Origin: an uncultured bacterium
GTDB taxonomy: Bacteria; JAGOEH01
Assembly (NCBI GenBank): GCA_964632485.1
Contig: CAZWDO010000001.1
Span: 293,631 to 357,630 of the forward strand
DNA: 64,000 nt
Reading direction: 5' to 3'
The translations under genes and the position numbers were made by a program. The notes beneath the pieces are model-generated. The model was given only the letters and a program-made list of their open reading frames with translations, was not told the DNA's origin and ran no database searches. Below are positions 1 through 9,650 of the stretch, in pieces (position 1 is the first letter of the stretch; each line of letters starts with the position of its first letter).

Positions 1-439
1 ACCAAGAACCATGGTAATTTGCATGAAATAGATGGTCAAAAATCTTTGAATAGGTATTTTTGTCTACAATCCGAAAACAAATAAATATACTGTTCGGCAA
101 TGCTGCCTTATCATGCTCGGTAAGCATTGCAATATAGCCTTCAGGAAATAGTTTAGTTGCACTTTTATTGTAAGCAAAATCTCCTTTTTTGATAACATAA
201 TAGTTCTTATAGGCGTTACCAGCAATCTCTCTACCAAATTTCTCTAATTGAGAAACCAAACCAACGCCAGCTGTAACACTCATAAGTGTGTATTTTTTTG
301 TTCCAGCCCGTTCTTCAATTAATTCTATTAAAGCCCCAAATTCTCGTGTTGACCACTCCCCCATCCCCCGAAACTCCGGAAACCTCAATTTTGGCACCGC
401 CATTTTTTCTTCGTGTTTTTCGTGCCTTTCGTGGTTCAT
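1..439 (-). CDS. hsdS: Type I restriction-modification specificity subunit HsdS (N-terminal part; rest lies beyond the window start)
   Basis: Minus-strand translation from the ATG at 439 gives MNHERHEKHEEKMAVPKLRFPEFRGMGEWSTREFGALIELIEER...KKGDFAYNKS. The PKLRFPEF...GEW N-terminus and the target-recognition-domain motifs are classic HsdS features. Its ATG overlaps the dinD stop (ATGA). Not in the ORF track because it runs off the window edge. Confidence 0.7.
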   Translation of the reverse strand, partial: MNHERHEKHEEKMAVPKLRFPEFRGMGEWSTREFGALIELIEERAGTKKYTLMSVTAGVGLVSQLEKFGREIAGNAYKNYYVIKKGDFAYNKSATKLFPEGYIAMLTEHDKAALPNSIFICFRIVDKNTYSKIFDHLFHANYHGSW

Positions 440-1125
440 AATTCTTCCAGTCTGTCAGGATTTTTTATTGTTTTCTTCTGAGCCGTATCCAGACGGCGCT
501 CTACCTTTTTGACATCTTCAGCCGGAGGCAGGCTTTCCGGGCGGATGCCTCGATTCAGCAGGGTTTCCCGCACCGCCTTATTGTTGGTCACATGCTCACC
601 TGATATGCCTGTTACCTGATCGCCCTTACTGCGGATAAGGGCAAAATTCTGATTGCCGCCGGTTTGTTCATATATCACATCAGATAATTCTTTTTCGGTG
701 GCAGAGAGCTTTTTTCGGGCGGATACCCTCTCGGATTCAAGTAGGCGTTGCTCAATCAATTCCGCCTTGCGTGTCTGCATGGCAAAATAGGTCTGCGCAA
801 AAGCAATCTCCTGCTTGGCCGGGTCTCCGTTCTGGGCGATCAAATAACAGGCATACCGGGTCAACATGAAGTCGTTAATTTCCCGCTGGCTGCCTGAACC
901 CAGATCAACCATTTTCCCGACATCGGCAAAATGGTCGGGGATTTCATGCCCGGAGACTTCACAGGCTGTTTTAGCCTTGGAGATTACATTCAAAAAATTG
1001 TCCCATTTTGTATATCCCAGCAAGTGCTGTAAATCACGTGCCAGCCAATATTCAACGCCATTTTCCGTAGTTTGAGCATGACCTTCAAAGGTTGCAGTCA
1101 TTGTGTAAATTAATTCATTTTCCAT
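436..1125 (-). CDS. dinD: DinD / RhuM-family (Bro-N-like) protein embedded in the type I R-M operon
   Basis: Matches E. coli DinD blocks (FEG...EYWLARDLQHLLGY, GSGSQRE, RYACYLIAQNGDPAK). The likely start is the ATG at 1125, preceded by AGAGGAG; the track's GTG start at 1149 overlaps the hsdR stop. The stop overlaps the hsdS start. Confidence 0.75.
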   Translation of the reverse strand: MENELIYTMTATFEGHAQTTENGVEYWLARDLQHLLGYTKWDNFLNVISKAKTACEVSGHEIPDHFADVGKMVDLGSGSQREINDFMLTRYACYLIAQNGDPAKQEIAFAQTYFAMQTRKAELIEQRLLESERVSARKKLSATEKELSDVIYEQTGGNQNFALIRSKGDQVTGISGEHVTNNKAVRETLLNRGIRPESLPPAEDVKKVERRLDTAQKKTIKNPDRLEEL

Positions 1126-1145
1126 TTTCCAACACTCCTCTTTTC

Positions 1146-4142
1146 TCACTCATACGCTGTCAACCCCGCAATCTCACGCCCACCGGCAAGTTTTTTTAAC
1201 AGTGGTATCAAGTCTTCCATCAGTTCCAGTTCCTTTTTTGTCCGCTCTTTCCAGCCCAAGTCCAGCGGCTGCATCAAATCACTGAGCTTCTCGCCGTCAA
1301 AAACCATACGGTCTGTAATTTCATCCACAAAAGCCTGCAATGCTTCCGGCTCCAGTCCGTGCCTGCGGGCCGCCTCTGCCATCTCTTTAGCGGCCTTTTC
1401 CGCTTTAAATCGCTGGTAACCGGACTTTATCTCTTTTTCGTTTAACGCCACGCCAGCTTTGAGCGTATTGATATAGGCGATAATATCGTCCCGTTCTTCC
1501 ATTAAATTGGCGCTGGAACAAAGCATATTGATCAACTGGTCGCGGCTCATTTTCTGCTTTTTTGACTCGCTTTGGGTAAACTTCGATATGAGCGTCATGA
1601 TGTAGTCATAGTCGATAATTGCAGATGAAAACAGGACAAACTCAAAATCAAGCTGGCCAACTTCAGTATCTACCAGGCTTCCTTCTTTTTGCTGTTTTTC
1701 TTTTAGTCGTTGGGCGATTTCCAGATAGGAACTTCTGAATGAACGCAATTGATCTTCAGAGATAAGGGTATCCATTTGTTTTTTTTGTTCAACGGTTAAA
1801 TCAGTGTATTGGTCCAATTGGGTTTTCAATCGCTGTACTTCTTTAAACCGGTTAATAAAGTTAATGCGCGCGGTATCACCTTTGAGATTGTAAACTGACT
1901 GGGGCTCGCATACCAAATCTCTTTTTTGCATAAAATCACCTAATGCGGCGACCGCTTTTTCGTATTTTTCAATAACTTCAGGAGCCGGATCGACAAGCCA
2001 AATTTCGTTTGCTTTGCCTGTATCCTGGCCGGAAAAGAGCGCGATGGCTTCATCCACTTCTTTAGTTTGCGTTCTAAAATCGAGCACATTGCCGTATGGT
2101 TTCGTGTCGTTCAATACCCGGTTTGTTCTGGAAAAAGCCTGTATCAAGCCATGTTGTTTTAAATTCTTATCAACATACAGGGTGTTCAGATACTTTGAGT
2201 CAAAGCCGGTCAACAGCATATCGACAACGATAACCAAATCGATTTTGTTTTTATGCGTATAATCAGCATTGGAATATTTCTGGTCTTTGATTCGCTTTTG
2301 TACGTCCTGATAGTACAAATCAAACTCGTTTATTCGATGGTTCGTTCCGTATTGCTTGTTATAATCAGCGATAATCGCTTTCAGGGCTTCTTTCTTTTTA
2401 TCAGGTTCCTGTTCGTTGTCCGCTTTTTCCTGAGGCAAATCTTCCTGAATCTGCTGAACATCTTTATTCCCCTCTGCTGGAGGCGAAAAAACACAGGCAA
2501 TATTTAACGGACTAAAATCTTCATCTTCTTGCGCGCGCTTTGACTGTATCGCTTTGAAAAGATCATAGTACTCAATTGCGTCATTTATGGAAGCTGTTGC
2601 CAACAATGTGTTGAATCGCCTTGCATTGGTGGCGGCATCGTGTTTGTCAAGAATTGAATCCACAACGGCTTTTTTATTAGTGGCATCTGCTATTCCAACC
2701 TTTTTCTTACTATCCGGTTTGAAATAATCCACATGAAAACGCAGGACATTGCCATCGTCAATGGCATGGGTAATGGTGTAGGCGTGCAGTTGTTTTTCAA
2801 AGAGATCTTTGGTTGTCTTGTAAGAGCCGAATGTACCATCCACTTGTTTATATGTTGCGTTTTCCTCAAATATAGGCGTACCGGTAAAACCGAATAACTG
2901 CGCTTTAGGGAAAAACTCTTTAATGGACTTATGGTTATCCCCAAACTGTGAGCGGTGGCATTCATCAAAAATTATGACAATCCTTTTATCGCGAAGCGGC
3001 ATTAACCTTTCTTTAAAGGTCAGTCTGCCTTTGTGCTTACTGTTTTGGTTTCTTTTACTGTTCTCATCGAGAGCAAGACCCAGTTTCTGGATAGTGGTGA
3101 CTATCACTTTGTCAGCATAGTCTTCCGATAACAGCCGCTGAACCAGCGTTTCCGTATTGGTGTTTTCTTCAACACAACCTTCCTGAAATTTATTAAACTC
3201 TTCACGGGTCTGTTTGTCGAGGTCTTTGCGGTCAACCACAAATAGGCATTTTTCAATATCGGGATTATCTTTCAGAAGTGTTGAAGCCTTGAAAGATGTA
3301 AGGGTTTTTCCGCTTCCCGTGGTATGCCATATATAACCATTGCCCCGGTTTTGATGGATACAATCCACAATAGCCTTGACCGCATAAATTTGATAGGGCC
3401 GCATGATCATTAATTTCTGTTCGCTGACCACAAGCACCATATAGCGGCTGATCATTTGCCCCAGTGTACATTTTGCAAGAAAACGCTCGGCGAAATCATG
3501 CAAATGGGTGATTTTTTTATTGGCTTCATCAGCTAACTGATAGATAGGTAAAAAACGTTCATCCGCATTGAAAGCAAAATGGTCTTTATGGTTATTAGCG
3601 AAGTAGTAAGTATTGTTTTCGTTACTGACGATAAAAAGTTGCATAAAACAAAGCAGAGAATTAGTATAGCCATTTCCCGGGTCGTTTTTGTATTCAACAA
3701 TCTGCTCCATTGCCCGTTTTGGCGTAACTTGAAGAGTTTTAAGCTCAATTTGAACTGTCGGAACACCGTTAATCAGGATGATGACATCAAAACGATGGTG
3801 ACTATTTTCCGTATTTATTCGTAGTTGATTAATGACCTCAAACTCGTTTTTGCACCAGTCTTTAATATTTACAAGAGTATATTGCAGGGGCGTATCATCA
3901 TCCCGGCGAAAAGTATTTGTTTCCCGTAAAGTTTTTGCAGCCGTGAATAGATCGGCAGTAATAATTTCATCCCTGAGTCGCGCAAATTCAGAGTCATTTA
4001 AATTTACCTTATTGAGTCTTTGAAAGTGCTCTCTGAAATTCGCTTCAAGCGAAATCTTATCTCGAATATCTCCGCGGTATGTGTATTTAAGGTCTTTAAG
4101 CTTATTGATTAAAGATTCTTCTATTTTTCTTTCAGATGTCAT
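1146..4142 (-). CDS. hsdR: Type I restriction enzyme R subunit (HsdR), 998 aa
   Basis: SF2 helicase motifs are present (TGSGKTLT Walker A, IIFDECHRSQ DEAH-box), with an N-terminal nuclease region and length typical of HsdR. Confidence 0.9.
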   Translation of the reverse strand: MTSERKIEESLINKLKDLKYTYRGDIRDKISLEANFREHFQRLNKVNLNDSEFARLRDEIITADLFTAAKTLRETNTFRRDDDTPLQYTLVNIKDWCKNEFEVINQLRINTENSHHRFDVIILINGVPTVQIELKTLQVTPKRAMEQIVEYKNDPGNGYTNSLLCFMQLFIVSNENNTYYFANNHKDHFAFNADERFLPIYQLADEANKKITHLHDFAERFLAKCTLGQMISRYMVLVVSEQKLMIMRPYQIYAVKAIVDCIHQNRGNGYIWHTTGSGKTLTSFKASTLLKDNPDIEKCLFVVDRKDLDKQTREEFNKFQEGCVEENTNTETLVQRLLSEDYADKVIVTTIQKLGLALDENSKRNQNSKHKGRLTFKERLMPLRDKRIVIIFDECHRSQFGDNHKSIKEFFPKAQLFGFTGTPIFEENATYKQVDGTFGSYKTTKDLFEKQLHAYTITHAIDDGNVLRFHVDYFKPDSKKKVGIADATNKKAVVDSILDKHDAATNARRFNTLLATASINDAIEYYDLFKAIQSKRAQEDEDFSPLNIACVFSPPAEGNKDVQQIQEDLPQEKADNEQEPDKKKEALKAIIADYNKQYGTNHRINEFDLYYQDVQKRIKDQKYSNADYTHKNKIDLVIVVDMLLTGFDSKYLNTLYVDKNLKQHGLIQAFSRTNRVLNDTKPYGNVLDFRTQTKEVDEAIALFSGQDTGKANEIWLVDPAPEVIEKYEKAVAALGDFMQKRDLVCEPQSVYNLKGDTARINFINRFKEVQRLKTQLDQYTDLTVEQKKQMDTLISEDQLRSFRSSYLEIAQRLKEKQQKEGSLVDTEVGQLDFEFVLFSSAIIDYDYIMTLISKFTQSESKKQKMSRDQLINMLCSSANLMEERDDIIAYINTLKAGVALNEKEIKSGYQRFKAEKAAKEMAEAARRHGLEPEALQAFVDEITDRMVFDGEKLSDLMQPLDLGWKERTKKELELMEDLIPLLKKLAGGREIAGLTAYE

Positions 4143-4357
4143 TCACATTCACCTTTCAACCCTTCTTGTTTTATCTTCCGAGCCCACGGACGGCCGAGGA
4201 CTGTATTTAAGCCGTGCGTCAGCGGCGATCGCGCCGGCGCGAGATTGTATCTATCATTATAAATCATCACAATCAGCTTGTCAAGTAGAAAAATTTATTG
4301 TGGGGCCACAACAGGGGGGAAGCCGGGATTTAACAGGAACAAACGCAACAGAACGCG

Positions 4358-5479
4358 CTATCCACCAATCAGTCGCAGGATGCGCTCGGTGATTGAGCGC
4401 CAGTCATATTCAGCGAGCTCGGCCAGATCGACCGGAATAAATTGATTGCGAGCGGCATGGACAGCGTCAGCGATAAAATCCTCCCGGGTATCGGCCAGAC
4501 GGCACCATCGGGCATAGCGGTCCAGCTCATGGCTGCGGATGGCTACAACGGGCAAACCCGCTGCGACATATTCAAACAACTTGACAGGATTCACCGCTTG
4601 TGAAAGCGGACCCGTTTTGAAGGGAATCAGGCCCACATCGAATCCGGCCAGATATTGCGGCAATTGCGCATAGGATTTCACGCCCAGGATGTGTAGGTTC
4701 GGGGGAATATCTCGTGGAATAGGAATTTCCCAGGGGCCGATCACGACCACACTGCCTTTCGGACATGCCGATGCCAGTTCGATCAGTAGCGCAATATCCA
4801 ACCAGGGACCGATAGTTCCAACATACCCAAACCGAGGATGAGGATGAGCGGTCAAATCCCCGGCGGGAACCAATCCGCGACGCGCCCGGCTGAAATGCTC
4901 GATTTCAACGCCATTGGTGATGTGATGCGTTCACGAATTGAAGCGGCGGCATTTATCAAACAACAGTTGCGATGTCGCCAGCACTCGATCGCCCCGCCGA
5001 ATCAGTTCAGTTTCCATTCGGGATATAACTCGTTGTTGCCAGCCATTAAAAAAACAGGAGTAGTCGTCCAGACAATCTACAATCACGCGCGATTCCCCCA
5101 ATAATCCAATCAAATCGACATGGGTGGGAAATGAAAGCCAGAGCCGGGGGGAGCTGAACCCCAATGTACGTAGCACGGGCAGCAACTTGAAGGCCAACCA
5201 TCTCTGATTCAAGCGGTTGAGCAAGCGAAACCAGCGACTGAAAGGTAACGCCGGAGCCGGGGTAAACAGCCACAAGCGCTCATCCAACCTTTCCAGCCGG
5301 GAGCGCCAGGGACGGTGGGCGGTATGCTGCAGTTTACGCAACAAATGGGTGCATACTGAATAATTGACGGTATTCACATAGAGCACGTAATTCATCACGG
5401 CCAATTGCTCAGCCAAATGTTGGGGACGCTGTTTGATGCTATGCCAATCATTCACGCCACAATACACAATGCCTTTCAT
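4358..5479 (-). pseudogene. GT4-family glycosyltransferase interrupted by one in-frame TGA (4931-4933); possible pseudogene or sequencing error
   Basis: Track ORFs 4931..5500 (GT N-terminal half) and 4358..4873 (C-terminal half, EX7E-like region) are in the same frame. The stretch between them is open and reads NS*THHITNGVEIEHF, the conserved GT4 'NGV(D/E)xExF' linker. The likely start is MKGIVYCGV at 5479, directly after the wecB stop. Confidence 0.7.
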
Positions 5480-6615
5480 CCTCGCCACCCGGACAACCAA
5501 CGCTGCAGCGTTTCAACAATCCGTTCAGCCGCATGGCCGTCCCCATAAGGATTTTTGGCCTGAGCCATTTCCGCATAAGCGGAGGGGTCCTTTAATAAAC
5601 GGATAGTTTCCGCGACAATCCGCTGGGTATCTGTTCCCACCAGCCGCAGCGCGCCGGTGGCTATCCCTTCGGGACGTTCAGTGACGTTACGCATGACCAG
5701 CACCGGCTTACCCAGACTTGGGGCTTCTTCCTGTATCCCGCCGGAATCAGTCAAAACCAAATAACAGCGCTGTATTAAGCGGATAAAAGTTTCATAATCC
5801 AACGGCTCAATCAGATGAACACGATCGATTCCCTGCAATTCCCTCTCAACAACAGTTCGCACAAATGGATTTCCATGCATGGAAAAAACAAAGGCAATAT
5901 CGGAAAAATTTTCTGCTAATTGACGTATAGCGCGGCAAATGTTCTCAATCGGCGCGCCCCAGTTTTCCCGACGGTGGGCGGTCACCAGCAAAACGCGTTT
6001 TTGAGCGAAATCCACCCGATTGAACAACGCGCTGGAAAATCGATAAGGCCGATCAGCTATAGACAACAACGCATCAATTACCGTATTGCCGGTAACAAAA
6101 ATCCGTTCAGCGGGAATATTTTCCCGTAGAAGATGCTCCCGGGCCGATTGGGTTGGCGCAAAATGCAGGTCCGCTAAAACACTGGTCAGCCGCCGATTCA
6201 TTTCCTCTGGAAATGGTTGATGCTTATCATAGGTGCGTAATCCGGCCTCTACATGGGCAACCGCTATTTTCAGGTAAAAAGCCGCCAATGACGCCGCCGG
6301 CACTGTCGTTGTATCTCCCTGCACCAGAACTATATCGGGATGCTCTGTTTCAAGGATCGACTTTAATCCCGACAATACTTGTATAGAAATCTCAAAAGGA
6401 GTTTGTTCGCCATTCATAATATTCATATCGTAATCAGGAACAATCTCAAACAAACGCAATACCTGATCCAGCATTTCACGATGCTGGGCAGTTAAAACAA
6501 TGACCTGCCGATATTGATCGGGATGTTCAGCCAAACATCGGATAACCGGAGCCAACTTGATAGCTTCCGGACGGGTGCCGATAACCGTGAGGATTGTAGC
6601 TGGTTTATTTGCCAT
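5476..6615 (-). CDS. wecB: UDP-N-acetylglucosamine 2-epimerase (non-hydrolysing)
   Basis: The N-terminus ILTVIGTRPEAIKLAPV, the motif HVEAGLRT and a length of 379 aa are typical of WecB/MnaA. Confidence 0.88.
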   Translation of the reverse strand: MANKPATILTVIGTRPEAIKLAPVIRCLAEHPDQYRQVIVLTAQHREMLDQVLRLFEIVPDYDMNIMNGEQTPFEISIQVLSGLKSILETEHPDIVLVQGDTTTVPAASLAAFYLKIAVAHVEAGLRTYDKHQPFPEEMNRRLTSVLADLHFAPTQSAREHLLRENIPAERIFVTGNTVIDALLSIADRPYRFSSALFNRVDFAQKRVLLVTAHRRENWGAPIENICRAIRQLAENFSDIAFVFSMHGNPFVRTVVERELQGIDRVHLIEPLDYETFIRLIQRCYLVLTDSGGIQEEAPSLGKPVLVMRNVTERPEGIATGALRLVGTDTQRIVAETIRLLKDPSAYAEMAQAKNPYGDGHAAERIVETLQRWLSGWRG

Positions 6616-6672
6616 ATACTCATACAGAGTAAAGTTAGTTATCCCGACCTGTAAAACGGATAGCGGTATTCT

Positions 6673-7986
6673 TCACACTGGTTCGGAATGAACAGAAGCA
6701 GGCGGGATTTCATTCAAAAGCATTGCTAATTGACGGGTAAGTTCGCTACGCTCAAAGCGCGCCAGAAGCTCTCGAGAGGGATGGCAATCATCCGGCTGAG
6801 AGCGAACGGAATCAAACATCATCAGTAAAGCGTCGGCGATAGCGTCCGGGTTGTCCGGCGCTGCAACGGCGCCTAATTTTTCTTCCATCACAAGTGTGGT
6901 GATAATTCCAGGGGGCGCAACGGCCAAAATAGGACGCCGCGCAGCCAGATACTCAAAAAATTTATTGGTCAGAGTCATCCCGCTCAGAACGGTGGGTGGC
7001 AGGATCAATAACAGGAGATGCGAGCGGCGCATGATGTTAATAGCATCCCGATGGGGAATGAATGGCAGGATTTCAACAAAAGGAGCCAGTTTTTCCAAAC
7101 GACGCCGGTATTCAGGCGCGAATTGTCCGATAAAACGCGCTTGCGCTGTATTACGGAAAACATCGCTTTGAGCGATGGCGCGGGATAACCCTTCTGGAAA
7201 CGCATTGTCGACCCGATGCCCTAACATAGTGCCGGCGAATGTGATCACAAATTTATACTTATTCAGAACCGATGAAGTCGAATCAAAATCTTCCGAATCA
7301 AATCCATTGGTTATTGTGCGGCATTTGGATGCGATTGGAGCGCCAAACAGGGTCTGAGTCGCCTGAGCCAGGGATTCGCTGGTCATTATCGCTCTGTCGC
7401 AGCGGTCCAAGACCTGTTTTTCCGCGAATTGCTGCATTTTCAAGTGAAGTTTCCCTACACCTTGCAATACCTTATTTTCAACTGTCCATGTATCGCGGAA
7501 ATCGGCGACCCACGGCAATTGTTTATGGTGTTTTAACCATGCGCCGATCAGATGGACGGAATTGGGTGGCGAAGTAGTCAGAACAACCTCGCATGAATGC
7601 TCATCCAACACTCTCAGACACTTCCGTATTGCTCCGGGAATCCACACGATGTTGGGATCGGGAATCATGACGCGGTGAGCGAAACACACGGCCTGTTTTC
7701 GAAACCAGGCGGTTAAAGTGAGTGAATCCGCTGACCCGGGAGATGAAGAAAGATGCATTCCCCTGCGTGTCGGCCATGGCCGATGAACCCGATAGACAGG
7801 AGTCGATGGCGCTATATCCCGCGCCAGGCTTTCGTCACTATTCCACAATGTATCTGAGCAGACGACAATTGGCTGCCAGCCGAATTGGGGCAGGTATTTG
7901 ACAAATTTTGTTACACGCAAGACCCCGGTACCCCCCTGGGGCGGAAAATCAAAGGTAACGATCAGTACTTTTTTCAATTTCGTCAT
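6673..7986 (-). CDS. Glycosyltransferase family 4
   Basis: The GT-B fold C-terminal half contains an EX7E-like motif. The likely true start is the ATG at 7986 (MTKLKKVLIVTFDFPP) with an AAGGA Shine-Dalgarno site; the track's extension to 8124 runs into the GC-rich repeats. Confidence 0.75.
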   Translation of the reverse strand: MTKLKKVLIVTFDFPPQGGTGVLRVTKFVKYLPQFGWQPIVVCSDTLWNSDESLARDIAPSTPVYRVHRPWPTRRGMHLSSSPGSADSLTLTAWFRKQAVCFAHRVMIPDPNIVWIPGAIRKCLRVLDEHSCEVVLTTSPPNSVHLIGAWLKHHKQLPWVADFRDTWTVENKVLQGVGKLHLKMQQFAEKQVLDRCDRAIMTSESLAQATQTLFGAPIASKCRTITNGFDSEDFDSTSSVLNKYKFVITFAGTMLGHRVDNAFPEGLSRAIAQSDVFRNTAQARFIGQFAPEYRRRLEKLAPFVEILPFIPHRDAINIMRRSHLLLLILPPTVLSGMTLTNKFFEYLAARRPILAVAPPGIITTLVMEEKLGAVAAPDNPDAIADALLMMFDSVRSQPDDCHPSRELLARFERSELTRQLAMLLNEIPPASVHSEPV

Positions 7987-8050
7987 TAATATATATCCTT
8001 GATAAGCGTATCGATACTTAATCTGCTTGACCCGAGAACCAATTTCGCCC

Positions 8051-8170
8051 TCACCCTGCCAGCCCCCCCCCTCACCCTGCCCTCTCCCCAAGGGGCGAGA
8101 GTAAAAGATGGATGTTCTCCCCAAGGGGCGAGGGTAAGATGGAGCTCTCTCCCCAAGGGGCGAGGGTTAA
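8051..8170. repeat. Intergenic GC-rich tandem repeats: 2x CTCACCCTGCC, then 3x about 32-33 bp units with core TCTCCCCAAGGGGCGAG(G/A)G
   Basis: Read directly in the sequence: core copies start at 8083, 8116 and 8148. The inter-core segments resemble one another (gtaaaagatgga / gtaagatgga / gttaagacgg), so this is a tandem repeat rather than a spacer array. Each core can form a short imperfect hairpin (tctcccc/ggggcgaga). Confidence 0.8.
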
Positions 8171-9399
8171 GACGGCGAGTGAGAAACCCGGGAAATCTGA
8201 ACTACCCGCCGATAAAACCACAGCGCCAGAATGAAACATAACGTATATGATAATGTAGAAGCCAAAGCGGCGCCGCTAATTCCATGGCGGGGAATCAGCA
8301 ATAAGTCCAGGCCGACAGTCATCACCAGAGCTAAAGCGGAATTGATGGAATTGTAGTGGGGAAATCCGCGGCCCGCGATTTCATTGGTCAGCACCTTAGC
8401 GCCGCCAAGAAGGATCACGCCCGGTAGCAATATCAGCAATGCGGGGTAAGCTCCCAGAAAAGCCGCTGGATAAATTTTCCCGATCAGCAATTTACCGGTA
8501 AGCGCCAAAAAAATTCCCCCCAGTAAGCTGATGATCAGGGTAATCCGAAAAACACGCGGAGTGAAAAGATTCATGGTTCGCGCATCAGTAGCGGCGGCTT
8601 GCGGAAAAATAACATACCCTACCGAGTGCGGCAGATACCATAGCAATTCAGCCAATGCCACCGCGATGCTGTATAAACCCACATCAGCCGAACCCATATA
8701 AAAATTTACCAAAAAAAGGTCCAGCCGATAGTTAAAAAACTGGAACAGGTTACCGATATAACTCCGGCTCCCGAAATTCAAAGTCATACGCAGTATTGGC
8801 CATTGCCAATGGGGCATCAAACGCCCGCCTTCTTTCCGAAGGGCATAGCAGGTAATAACCAACCGGATTATCCAGGCGCTCAGGGCGGCTAAAGCGCCAC
8901 CGATAACACCCAAATTTAACCCGACAATAGCCAAACCGGTCAAAACCAAAATCAACAAATTTTGAATTAAAGTGATGATGTTAAGTTTGAAAATGTTCCT
9001 GAGCCCCAACAGAATGCCGCTGAAATAGTCATTGAGGAGCTGAGCGGGCAAGGCGATTATTACCACGATCACCAGCGCCACCGAAACATTGGGCAGCCAT
9101 ATTGCCAATCGTCCGGATGCCTGAAGCGCGCTGATCAGAATCGTCCCTGCCAGGGTGGCAGTCAGGGCCATGGCAACCGAATTGCGGCTCAATACGGATA
9201 CGCTCAATCGCCGGGATCCGGCAAAATACACATTGGCCGCGCCCAGACCCGCGCCTGAAAATATCACCAGCAGGGTAGGAATCGTCAAAATCAACGAAAG
9301 CGCGCCTTTGCCGGAAGGGCCAAGGATACGTGCCACGAGTATTGAGTTAGCTATTAACAGGCACGCCGAAAAAATCTGTGTAAAAAATGTAAATGACAC
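8167..9399 (-). CDS. wzx: Polysaccharide/O-antigen flippase (Wzx-like, MOP superfamily)
   Basis: 410 aa with about 12 predicted TM segments. The N-terminus (LLIANSILVARILGPSGKGALSL) is typical of Wzx/RfbX. Confidence 0.8.
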   Translation of the reverse strand: MSFTFFTQIFSACLLIANSILVARILGPSGKGALSLILTIPTLLVIFSGAGLGAANVYFAGSRRLSVSVLSRNSVAMALTATLAGTILISALQASGRLAIWLPNVSVALVIVVIIALPAQLLNDYFSGILLGLRNIFKLNIITLIQNLLILVLTGLAIVGLNLGVIGGALAALSAWIIRLVITCYALRKEGGRLMPHWQWPILRMTLNFGSRSYIGNLFQFFNYRLDLFLVNFYMGSADVGLYSIAVALAELLWYLPHSVGYVIFPQAAATDARTMNLFTPRVFRITLIISLLGGIFLALTGKLLIGKIYPAAFLGAYPALLILLPGVILLGGAKVLTNEIAGRGFPHYNSINSALALVMTVGLDLLLIPRHGISGAALASTLSYTLCFILALWFYRRVVQISRVSHSPS

Positions 9400-9650
9400 T
9401 TTGGCGACAAACTTATCACTACGTAGTTCATCCTGGAACGCTCTCGCTAAGCGCGAAACAGACGATATGGCGCTTATTTTCTCTCCTTTGGTACGGCGAC
9501 ATTCATAAAGTCACTTTATTCTTTTATAAGCAACGGATAATTATCAAAATGTAAACCGATGATCATTTGGGCTGAATCGGAGACAAATACCCCGAAACCA
9601 GCCACAAGAAATCATAATATCAGTTTTCAAATTTATTAATTGGCGGTAAA

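Noticed and set aside
288-512. 74-aa plus-strand ORF at the window start
   Set aside because: It is antisense to the hsdS N-terminus and the dinD C-terminus, which have clear family motifs.
8051-8170. Possibility that the 3x repeat is a mini-CRISPR array
   Set aside because: There are only three units, and the segments between them are similar to each other rather than unique spacers. Units are 32-33 bp in total with a 17-nt core, with no flanking leader or cas genes. A simple tandem repeat fits better.
7999-8241. 80-aa plus-strand ORF (LTLPAPPLTLPSPQGARV...SPQGARV)
   Set aside because: It is the translation of the GC-rich tandem repeats, hence the repeated peptide. It lies between the wzx stop and the glycosyltransferase start, and its 3' part overlaps the wzx C-terminus in antisense.
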